The notes under the pieces: generated by a model
Told to the model about the DNA's origin: nothing
The model's database searches: none
The model's input: the letters and a program-made list of their open reading frames with translations, nothing else
Program-made: the position numbers and the translations under genes
In this document: positions 25,803 to 35,000 of the stretch, piece by piece
Layout: each line of letters opens with the position of its first letter
Position numbering within the stretch: position 1 is the first letter of the stretch
Source of the DNA: an uncultured Methanosarcinales archaeon
GTDB lineage: Archaea > Nanobdellota > Nanobdellia > Woesearchaeales > CAZOXR01
DNA: 37,935 bases
Reading direction: 5' to 3'
Assembly (NCBI GenBank): GCA_964566535.1
Contig: CAZMIO010000011.1
Location: forward strand, 1-37,935

Positions 25803-27458
25803 TTAAGGGGTTGTTATAGATTTTGTCATAATTATATTCTTTTCTTTGAATTCATTATTGTCTTGGTCAACTGCAGTTACAGCGAAATGGTATTCTGCAC
25901 CACTTTCTAGAGTGTTTACATTAATGTCAATTGTCGTATCCATCGTTGAAATCTGATTTGAGAATTCAAATGAATCTTTTTCGTAGTAGACTTTGTAAGA
26001 AGTGATTGAATCTGTTAAAAGAGTTCCATCAATGTTTGTTGTTGGTTGTGACCACATTAATTCAATTACTTGGTTTCCGTTCTTCGTTTTTATTGTTGGT
26101 GGATCTAAGTTTACTAGGTTTGGTGCAAGAGTGTCAGTTGGAGTTCCTTGGTTGTAGTTCTGAGATTGAGTTAGCTTCTGGTTGTCATCTTCGTTGTTTA
26201 TTTCGTTATCTGCTGCATCTACTGCTGTGATTGCCACATTATATTGTTCATTTGTTGGTAAATGTATGGAGAGGATGAGTTTGCCATTAATTTCGTAGAG
26301 TTCGTTGTCTTTTAGCTCAATCCTGTCAGGAGTATCATCTAGTTGAATTACTGAGTAAAGGAATGTGCATTTGCTTTCTGCTTGATTGTAATCACATTCT
26401 ACTGGAGTTAAATCCATTGTCTTAAATTTATTTTCGTCTTTTATATTTGAAGTTATGTCCAAGGGGATTAGCGTACTTAATTTATGATTTTCAATTTTTG
26501 AGTTTATCAATGATATTTTTGAATAATAGATTGAATAGTATTTTAGGTCTTGATCATTTAGTTTGCCCCACTCCAAAATTAAATGCTTGTCGGATTTTTG
26601 TCTGTCGTAAGCATTTAGGTCTTTAATTGGTCTTGGAGGCAGGTCATCCATGAATAGTGCAAATTTTATTTGGGGTGAGAAAAGTTGAGGGAGGGATGAG
26701 TATTGATTGGCTACATATAGTTGAGTAGTGGGGGTTGCGCAAAACTTAAAAATATTTTTTGTCACTGCACATTTTGGTTTTGAATTTGTGTCTTTTACGA
26801 AAATTAACTCATCATTGTTTTTGTATATGGTCATGGTGTTGTAATCCCATTCCGCGTCAAACCAATTGTTGATTTCTAATCCCAATTTTGCACTGTCGAA
26901 TGTATTGTCGCCATTATATTTTATGAAGTAGTCAATATATTCTCTTTCTGTCAGTTCAGATGGATTATCTCCTGTATAGGATGGGATGTTTTCTAAGTTG
27001 TATGTTAATTGATTTAAGGTCACTGATTGGTCTTTTGAGAGTTTAATCTTGTATTCTTGGTCAAGGTTCTGGTAGTGGGTAAAATCCAAGGTGAAATCGC
27101 AGACACAGTCATTATCTGCTGTTGCTGCGCAGAGTTCATATTGTTCGATGAAATCGTAGAAAAGGTCGTTTATTCCGTTTTTACAGGATCCTTGTGATAA
27201 GGATAGTTCTGGGTGAGTTAGTTCGAATTGCGTTGTTCTGAGATTTATACAATCTGCTATGTTGTCTGATGATAGGCAAGGGAGGAGATTGTTTTTTACT
27301 TCATCAGTTAATGTTTGGTAGTCGCCTATTATGTTGTAGTCAACTGTTGTTGTGAATGAAGGATTTATTGAGTAAGTTCCCACTTTTATTTCGGTAGCCC
27401 CTCTAATAAAAACTATTAAAGTCGTGAAGAGTATTAGGTAGATTATTTTTTTATTCAT
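25803..27458 (-). CDS. Secreted/surface protein with a Cys-containing N-terminal region and two fibronectin type III-like domains
   Basis: Signal MNKKIIYLILFTTLIVFIRG; FN3 patterns LILEW...YYSIYY...YNVAITAVD..DNE and ELMW...YKVYY...LESGAEYHFAVTAVD..NNE. Confidence 0.8.
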   Translation of the reverse strand: MNKKIIYLILFTTLIVFIRGATEIKVGTYSINPSFTTTVDYNIIGDYQTLTDEVKNNLLPCLSSDNIADCINLRTTQFELTHPELSLSQGSCKNGINDLFYDFIEQYELCAATADNDCVCDFTLDFTHYQNLDQEYKIKLSKDQSVTLNQLTYNLENIPSYTGDNPSELTEREYIDYFIKYNGDNTFDSAKLGLEINNWFDAEWDYNTMTIYKNNDELIFVKDTNSKPKCAVTKNIFKFCATPTTQLYVANQYSSLPQLFSPQIKFALFMDDLPPRPIKDLNAYDRQKSDKHLILEWGKLNDQDLKYYSIYYSKISLINSKIENHKLSTLIPLDITSNIKDENKFKTMDLTPVECDYNQAESKCTFLYSVIQLDDTPDRIELKDNELYEINGKLILSIHLPTNEQYNVAITAVDAADNEINNEDDNQKLTQSQNYNQGTPTDTLAPNLVNLDPPTIKTKNGNQVIELMWSQPTTNIDGTLLTDSITSYKVYYEKDSFEFSNQISTMDTTIDINVNTLESGAEYHFAVTAVDQDNNEFKEKNIIMTKSITTP

Positions 27459-27459
27459 T

Positions 27460-28548
27460 TTAAGTATAGCCTTCTTCTCGTGGAGGAATTTTTCCTAGGT
27501 CCGCTAATAGTATATGGCCAGTTAGACTAATCCTTGACCAGTCGAAATTGGGAGATGGGTCCCATTTGCCTATTGCAGCAGTTGTGACTTGGTAGTGGCC
27601 TAAGACATGTTGATTGTCTGCCTTTATTGATGGCCACCTAACTGCAATGTCATTTATCAGGTCTTTTATGGAGTTGTATTGAGCATTTGTATATTGCATG
27701 TCTGCTTTTCCAGTGTTAACAATCTCTATTCCAATTGAACGAGCATTCCATCCTTTTGCATGGTAGGCCATTTTATCTTCAGTTACTGGATTATGGATTG
27801 TTCCGTCACGGTCAACTATGTAATGGACTGATAATCCTCTGTTTCTCAATGCTCTGAAAGTTTGGGCTGCTGATGAGTCCCCTGTATGATGAAGAATAAT
27901 TCTATCAACTACTGCGCTTCTTGGCCTTGATCTTGAATCTAGCCTTCCAACGTAGTTGGATGAGACTGTTGTTGTAGGAGTTGTTACAACTCCTTGTGAA
28001 GGGGCCCTGGTTTGTGACGATATGTCTACATTAGGGATCTCTTTTTTTCTTTCTTTGATATCCAAGGTTAATGGTTGGAGGGCAAATCCATTAACTGTTG
28101 TTTTTTGGTTTTCTTCTGTTATTAGGAAATTGTAGTTTGTTTGTGGAATGTCTGGATAGTTAATTAAGTATAGGTCTAGGTTAGTTATTATTGAATCTGA
28201 TAGTTCTTTGGCAATATCTGGGTAACATTTTTCTCCAGTATGTTCAAAGTCGTCGTTCCAGATAGTATAACCAAAATAATTACCGCAATTGGGAGGTTCT
28301 GCATGTCCACCTTGTTGGCCTAGGTCGAATATTGCTTGTTGTGCCGAGTATTTTGCGGATTGGTCTATTATGAATAAGTTTTTTTCGGCTTCATGGTAAG
28401 TATCTATTATATCTTTAGGGAGCTGGCCTACGTCCCTTGTTAGTTTAGCTGTTTTAGTATGAACAGTTACCACTAAAACTACTAATACAAATATCATCAC
28501 AGCTAGGAATGATATGTCAAAAAACATGTCTGCTTTTTTATTCTTCAT
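27460..28548 (-). CDS. Pilin-like (class III signal) protein fused to a C-terminal N-acetylmuramoyl-L-alanine amidase (Amidase_2/AmpD-like)
   Basis: MKNKKA|DMFFD plus a hydrophobic helix; S/T/P linker; IILHHTG, SVHYIVDRDG, AYHA..WNARSIGIE, VLGH and KWDPSPNFDW. Confidence 0.9.
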   Translation of the reverse strand: MKNKKADMFFDISFLAVMIFVLVVLVVTVHTKTAKLTRDVGQLPKDIIDTYHEAEKNLFIIDQSAKYSAQQAIFDLGQQGGHAEPPNCGNYFGYTIWNDDFEHTGEKCYPDIAKELSDSIITNLDLYLINYPDIPQTNYNFLITEENQKTTVNGFALQPLTLDIKERKKEIPNVDISSQTRAPSQGVVTTPTTTVSSNYVGRLDSRSRPRSAVVDRIILHHTGDSSAAQTFRALRNRGLSVHYIVDRDGTIHNPVTEDKMAYHAKGWNARSIGIEIVNTGKADMQYTNAQYNSIKDLINDIAVRWPSIKADNQHVLGHYQVTTAAIGKWDPSPNFDWSRISLTGHILLADLGKIPPREEGYT

Positions 28549-29005
28549 TTTGGTAAATTTCTATTTGGAATTTGATTGGTTGATTTGGGATTTTTGATGG
28601 AAGTAATATGAGATATGTGTTTGATTTACCACTGCAAACGGAGTCATCGCAGAACTTTGTTACTTCGTTGTCATCTATTGATATTTTCCACCCAGTTTTT
28701 TTGTTGAATGTTGTTTCTAGTGCTGTTGAAGTTGTTGTTGTTAATTGGGTGTAGTCACCATTATGGTATGCCCCAGTTATTATATCTGCCATATTATTAC
28801 CATTTGCACCATAATTAAGATAATAAGTTATGAACAAATTAGACTTTGAATCAACCATCATATTGTTTATCTTAAATTGTATACGTTGTTCTGCCATCGG
28901 GACATAGATGAACATTAGTGATCCCATTATTATGAACGTGCCGATTATTCCAAAGATTACAAAAGAGAGGTAATCTGCGCTTGTTTGGGCTTTTTTTGAT
29001 TTCAT
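28538..29005 (-). CDS. Pilin-like protein (class III signal peptide)
   Basis: MKSKKA|QTSAD plus a hydrophobic helix; overlaps its neighbours in the operon. Confidence 0.8.
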   Translation of the reverse strand: MKSKKAQTSADYLSFVIFGIIGTFIIMGSLMFIYVPMAEQRIQFKINNMMVDSKSNLFITYYLNYGANGNNMADIITGAYHNGDYTQLTTTTSTALETTFNKKTGWKISIDDNEVTKFCDDSVCSGKSNTYLILLPSKIPNQPIKFQIEIYQNEE

Positions 29006-29502
29006 TTTTGGAAATGTGCAGTCACTATGAGTTTTCCTTTTGTATATGTGTCTTCGTCTTTTATTGTAACTAATATTGATTGAGTTATCGAATCGTAATT
29101 TTTATTTATCAGTCTTGGTTCGATTGATTCGTAAAGTTTTTGGTTGTAGAAGATTTCCGTTGGAGGTTGTGATTCTGGCTCTAAGGTAAGTTTGAAACTT
29201 ATTTGGAGTTTTGTTTCGTTGAATAAGTCTTTTAGGACTTGTTCGTTGAATTTATCTATGTCTACGATGTTAGTGTAATGTCTTTTTGTTAATTCATTTG
29301 TGTAGAATACGGAGTTTTTTGAGTAGAAGACGCGGTTGAAGAGAATATGAGATTCAAGATCTCCTGTTGATAGTGATGATTCTAAAGCTGCTCCAACAAT
29401 AAACCTTATTCCTACGTAGAAGGGGATTAGGATGAAGAGGATTGTAATTACCCACATCCATGTGTATACAGTAACTCTTGCTTTTTTGTTTTTAATCATC
29501 AT
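29002..29502 (-). CDS. Pilin-like protein (class III-like signal peptide)
   Basis: KNKKA|RVTVY plus a hydrophobic helix; ATGA coupling to the next gene. Confidence 0.75.
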   Translation of the reverse strand: MMIKNKKARVTVYTWMWVITILFILIPFYVGIRFIVGAALESSLSTGDLESHILFNRVFYSKNSVFYTNELTKRHYTNIVDIDKFNEQVLKDLFNETKLQISFKLTLEPESQPPTEIFYNQKLYESIEPRLINKNYDSITQSILVTIKDEDTYTKGKLIVTAHFQK

Positions 29503-30445
29503 ATTGTTCTATACCTTTGTTTATTGAGGATGAAATTGCAAGCATTGCTTCTTCGTTTTCTAAGAGGTTTTGAGATTCTCCTATCCTTTGGTTGCCAATC
29601 TGTAGGATAACTGCTATGTTATCTTGGTTAAGTGCTCCATATTCAGATGTTGGGATGATAGTTATCCCAGTTATTCCTTTTAGGTTGTTTTCTTGTATTA
29701 GTGTGTTTAGGTCAGTGTTAGTTATTATTTCGTTTAGGATTAAGCAGGCTACACGTTCTGATTCTAGTGATTTTGCCGAAGACGATGAAATGTATGCTAC
29801 TAAGTTATTATTGTTTTCATCAAAATTAGAAGTGAATTTGATTAATGAGATGAATGCGTCTTTTGATGAAGTGATTATATCTGGGGAATCTAGGTGTTCT
29901 TTTGTAACTAATGGCGGGATGTAGAGAGATTTTCCTTGGACGGTTTCTGCGTTTTCTATTTCTGGGCAGACGAAGGTGAATGGGGTTATTTGAGTGTTAA
30001 AGTCAGTTATACTCATCTTGTTGCCAAGTTTTGTAATCTTTATCTGAACTTTTTCTTTTAATTCATCTTCTTCGAAAGTCGGTTCTAAAGTTGTTTCTTG
30101 AAAAGAGATGTTTCTATCGTTTATGATGGGATGGGTTTGCTTGTGGAGTATTGTGTTTGGGTCATAAACTTCAATTTTGGAATTTGTGAAGGTGAAGGTG
30201 AAAGCGTGGGTGTCCTTAGGATAGTTTAGCTCAACATTTCCTGGTGCTGAGTAGATTGTGTCTATTAAGATAGCTAAATCTTTTTTTAGAAAGATTTTTT
30301 CGAACAAAGTGTGGTTTCTAATTTCTTCAAAAAAGCTTAGAAGGCCGAAGAAAATTACTCCAAAAACTATGACTAATGCAAAGGCTGGAATCATAGCCAT
30401 CTCAATAGTTTCACTACCTCTTTTTCCCCGGAACAAACTATACAT
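29492..30445 (-). CDS. Pilin-like protein with a C-terminal, probably degenerate Amidase_3-like domain
   Basis: GKRG|SETIE plus a hydrophobic helix. The C-terminal DAFISL...VAYIS...SERVACLILNEI...GALNQDNIAVILQIGN resembles the Amidase_3 pattern but lacks the catalytic His/Glu (domain call made by eye). Confidence 0.7.
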   Translation of the reverse strand: MYSLFRGKRGSETIEMAMIPAFALVIVFGVIFFGLLSFFEEIRNHTLFEKIFLKKDLAILIDTIYSAPGNVELNYPKDTHAFTFTFTNSKIEVYDPNTILHKQTHPIINDRNISFQETTLEPTFEEDELKEKVQIKITKLGNKMSITDFNTQITPFTFVCPEIENAETVQGKSLYIPPLVTKEHLDSPDIITSSKDAFISLIKFTSNFDENNNNLVAYISSSSAKSLESERVACLILNEIITNTDLNTLIQENNLKGITGITIIPTSEYGALNQDNIAVILQIGNQRIGESQNLLENEEAMLAISSSINKGIEQYDD

Positions 30446-30482
30446 ATGTTAATTTTAGGAAGAAGTATTTAAATAGTTTACC

Positions 30483-30953
30483 TTAAGTGGTTGGATTAGA
30501 AATGGTTATAATTCCATCAGCGTCTTTTTTTATAAATACATTCGTTATTGCTTCTACTGTGAATTCAGCTATTTTAAAATTACCATTTTTTATTTTCTGG
30601 CAGGCAGGTCTTGGTTTAGGTCTTTCCGTATCTATTATACAAAGCTGAGCAGTATTTTGACTGCATTCATCATCTGGCGGTCCTTCGCAGACCTTTAATG
30701 ACTTTAATATATATTTGCCCCCCACCTCTTTGTTCACCGGAAATGGAATTGTTGCTGATTTGTTGTTTTCTAAATTGTTTATCTCAATTGCTAGCCTCAT
30801 CAGTTTGTCTTGAGTTGCTAAATCTGGTTTTTGAGTTATAAAATTCCATGCAACTATTGGGATTTTAGAAGACCATAAAGCTAGAAGGAATATAAAGAAG
30901 ATTGCGAGAGTCATAAGTTCTCGCATTGTCATTTCTACTGCTTTTTTATTCAT
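30483..30953 (-). CDS. Pilin-like protein (class III signal peptide)
   Basis: MNKKA|VEMTMRE plus a hydrophobic helix; four Cys in the globular part. Confidence 0.78.
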   Translation of the reverse strand: MNKKAVEMTMRELMTLAIFFIFLLALWSSKIPIVAWNFITQKPDLATQDKLMRLAIEINNLENNKSATIPFPVNKEVGGKYILKSLKVCEGPPDDECSQNTAQLCIIDTERPKPRPACQKIKNGNFKIAEFTVEAITNVFIKKDADGIITISNPTT

Positions 30954-31260
30954 CTTTTTTTATACGTTCGCAGCAGAGTGTCTCATCTGGACAGTCCCCC
31001 CATCCCCCGCTTGGTGCAGGAATCTCTTCATAGTAGAAATTGTCAGTTTCACCGCAGGTGTCTTGGCAGTTTTTGTTTGACATAAACCCTTTGCAAACTG
31101 TGCCTTCCCTTATGCCTTTAGTAGTATTACTAATACTTGTAAAACCTGCTGCAAAGTCTTTTATTTGAGATCCGAAGATAGCTATTACAACTACCAGTAC
31201 GAACAGAACAATTGCAGCTACTACAACTGTTTCCATAGAGATTGCTGCTCTTTTTTTCAT
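30946..31260 (-). CDS. Small Cys-rich pilin-like protein
   Basis: MKKRA|AISME-TVVVAAIVLFVLVVVIAIF; six Cys ending WGDCPDETLCC. Confidence 0.85.
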   Translation of the reverse strand: MKKRAAISMETVVVAAIVLFVLVVVIAIFGSQIKDFAAGFTSISNTTKGIREGTVCKGFMSNKNCQDTCGETDNFYYEEIPAPSGGWGDCPDETLCCERIKKDE

Positions 31261-31369
31261 AATATTGATTATTAGCTGACGATTATATAAATTTGTCGAT
31301 TAAGTTAAGACAAATGTCAACACGTCATTTTCCAAAACATTTATATAAATATTTGTTTAGGTAAGGAAC

Positions 31370-32014
31370 ATGGAAAAAAAGGTGCTGGCAGGATTTATCA
31401 TCATAGTTCTTGGAGTTATGATAGTATCTACTTATTTCTTTTTGGAATTTTTTGGTGGTGGTGAAGAGGTTGGAGATAGTGATGAGATAATCATAGATAG
31501 AGGAAATGTTAAAGAGGTTAATGTTGAGCAGATAACTAGTGGTAGTGGCCATTTAGATATGTTTGGGCAACAGTTTGACAATGGAAAAATATCCACTGTT
31601 TTTGGATATAGTGGGTTTTATCACGGTGAATTTTTTGAGTATGAGTATAGGGATGAGCAGGATAAGTTAATGATGAGGATTACTAATGAGATGGAACCCT
31701 TCAATGGAGTTATTGAAGGCTTTGCTGTTGCCAATATAGTAGATAATAAACCAATTGTGCAGATATTTTTAGATGAGGACTGGAAAAGGGAGGTTGGTGA
31801 CACATTTATATGGTATGGAGTAGGATATAAAAATTACAAAGAATTCAATTTTAATGAAATCTCTGAAGGAATTTACTCTGACTCAATAGAGGATGACCCT
31901 GGCAGATTTATGGCAGAATTTACATTACATTTAGGTGGAGTAATCATAGGAGACGTTTCTAAAGAAAAGATTAAGAATGAAGATGAAGATATTACTTTAA
32001 TTAAGTTTGAATAA
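31370..32014 (+). CDS. Hypothetical N-terminally anchored acidic protein
   Basis: TATA-like TTTATATAAA ~30 nt upstream; one N-terminal TM; D/E-rich body; the only plus-strand gene in the pilin array. Confidence 0.8.
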   Translation: MEKKVLAGFIIIVLGVMIVSTYFFLEFFGGGEEVGDSDEIIIDRGNVKEVNVEQITSGSGHLDMFGQQFDNGKISTVFGYSGFYHGEFFEYEYRDEQDKLMMRITNEMEPFNGVIEGFAVANIVDNKPIVQIFLDEDWKREVGDTFIWYGVGYKNYKEFNFNEISEGIYSDSIEDDPGRFMAEFTLHLGGVIIGDVSKEKIKNEDEDITLIKFE

Positions 32015-32015
32015 G

Positions 32016-35000
32016 TTAATTTCTTACTGGCCATTTTGCGCCGGCTACGTTCAATAAAACGTCAGTTACTACACTTGTTGCTACAATTCCAGGGAGACCA
32101 ATAATTGCTCCTGCCCCTGTTGAGCTAACTCCTGTGAAAAAAGCATCAGCAACTAGTGATCCTGAGAATATTAAAAACTTTAAAGCTGCCCTTGGAGCAT
32201 TTATTCCACCGCTATAACAATAATTTGCCCCCCTTTCAAGCATATAACCTTGGTCTAGTTCTTCTAATCCGACCAATATGCATGGCCCGGAAGTTGGCCC
32301 TACTTCAGCTGTAAGTTGTGAAGTCGATAATTCAGCGAATATTCCTCCTGGTGTAGTTACGGGCGACTGATAGAGTTTACAATGTTTTACCCCTCGTGAT
32401 AAATCGCTATTAAAAGTTGTTAATTTCCTGTAATTAAATACATAGTCTTTTGATGCATCCCATATAATTGTATCTCCGAATTGTGAAGGGTTCTGAGGGT
32501 CAACGTCCCTTCCAAGAATGTGGTCGAATGGAGGTCTTGTTAATGGCTGTCCAGTATAGTATGCATTATAATTTTGGTTTACTTCATACATATTTGTCAG
32601 CATCTCGCCCAATAGTTTTGCAGTGAGGCCTAACTTATTTTGATTTCGTTCAAATGTAACTGGATTTGTTAATATTGGGCTATTCTCTGGCAATATCACT
32701 GTTGTAGCATCAGTAAATATCCTTGTATTAATAAAGATCATAAGATTATCAAACCCATCATCTGGGTCAGCAATATTAGAACCATCTACAATATCTTGAA
32801 TACTATTAGTACCTGGATTTGAAATTAATCCTCCACTGACTGCTCTGAAATCAAGTACTCTTGGATCATTTTTCATAGCTGTTGTAATTTGCCTTGTTTC
32901 CATATCTGTTAATGAATTATCCCTCATGAATTCTGCTGCTCTTAATACAATTTGATGATATTCTCCTAAGAATTTCGTAAGAAGTTCTGAATTTTCAAAT
33001 AAGTTTGATGCGCAATTATCATGTGTGTCTTGTTCATAACCATTAAGTGGGTTTGAAAGATCAATTTTTGCACTGCATAATCTAGCCATATATTCCCTAT
33101 TAGATTCTCCGAATTCTGGTTGATCCCACCAATAAACTATTTCTGGAACTGTTGTAAACGTTGCAGTACTCTTTTCTAAAGGATGTTGAAGTGTAGTTCC
33201 TCCTTCTTTAGTATAAACATCGCTTTTTGTTTCAATTTCACAACGGCAATTTGTTTTTTCCACTACTAAATTTGCTTTGCATGGACTAACTAAGAATAGC
33301 CTTTTGATATCATCGTGTCCCCCCCTTATAGCAGAAAGAATGTTATTTTCCTTATTCAGGCCAATAAAATAATCAGTCATGTAAGGCTCCAAGTTATATC
33401 CTACTCCCTCTCCTTCCTCCACTAAAGTTGGTGTGCTTACAGTTAATGTATTTAACCCCTTAGGAACATATTTTTCATTCAAACCCTCTCTATATTTTGA
33501 AATCCTATCAACTACAAATAAAGCAAATAGTTTATGGTTATTGGTAAACTTTATTGTTCCTACTGTTGCTCCACCAGCTAATGCTGTTCCAGTTATTGCT
33601 CCTACTGCACCAATTGCAGCTCCTTGGGGCCCGCCGACAAAGAACCCCACTATCCCTCCAACTGTTGCTGATTTAAATGATCCTGAAAGCCCTATTCTTC
33701 TCGCTGTTGATGTAGAGAAAGGAATAAACTTTATTCCTGCTGCTCTTGCTGTTCTTTGTGCCGAATCAAAAACATTAACTCCATCCTGCCACGTTGTTCC
33801 AAACATATTCCTAAGGAAACCATTTGCCATTGTCTTAAGTTCCCCATCTCGTCTAACTGCTTCTAGTATTTTATCGAAGAATTCCTGCTCTAATTCAGCT
33901 ATTGTTGCTCTGTCTAAATTTCCCAGTGTTAGTTTAGTTAGGAAATTACCATTTGAATCAAATAAAGCAGGGGTTAATTGAGTAAATTGTTTCATTGCTG
34001 CCTCTTGAGCAACTTGGCTTTTAGGATATGCTTTTTTTGCAGCTTCCCCCATAATTTCACTTAGTGCGTCTGCATCAACTATGTATTTACCTCCTTCGAA
34101 TCTGAATAAGGTGCTTAATAAATCCCGGTATGCTAATACTGATCTCATATTTTTCTTAGTTAATCTTGTTGCTGCAAATGTTTCATCAGTAGCACTATCA
34201 ATTGTTTTTCTAAATTGTGATGTAAATACATTTTCTCTGGCAATGTCATTTGCTATGTTATCTAATTCTGCGTCTAAGTCTGTAGCAGCTCCCCTTCTAC
34301 TTGCAAGCTCATCAGCTTGAGCTCTTATTTCATTTCTAGTTGCAGTTATAGAATCTGGGAAGTCTTGGTAAATAGTGTCAAGATCGTCAATGTTTCTTAC
34401 ACTTGCATCTGCAATTTGTTCTGGGCCATCAGAAAGACCATATGAGTGATAGTGGTTGTCCATCAATACTCTTCTTTCTGCCATTTCGAAATCTATAGCC
34501 CTCATTGCAGCCGGATCATTAGGATCTACATTACGGTATTTGTTTCTTAAAAATTCCATTTCCTCATCAACTTGATTCCTTATAAAAGGTTCCATATCGT
34601 CTGGATCGTCCGGTAGAATTACCCTTCTTAAGTCATCAGAAACAGATACTCTATTGCCACCAACCACCCTACTACTATGAAATCTTTCCCAGACTTGAGT
34701 ATAGATATCTTCTCGGGTTGTAGTTGAGCCTACCCCTTCTAAGACCTCATCAATCAAACCGAGCCTATGAACTTCATCTAATCCTTTTACACCTAATGTT
34801 CCCTCTATCTGGGAGTCTACCAATGCCTTTCTTATTAAGGATTCTTCATCAAGATTAGCTCTTTTGGATTTACCAAGACTTCTTAGAAATGATCTAACTG
34901 GTCCAGGAGGTAGTTCTTGTTTTAGTTCTTTTTTAAGCTGCTTGCCTACTTTTTTTGCTTCTTTTCTTGCTGCCCTTACTCCAGTACCACGGTTTACACG

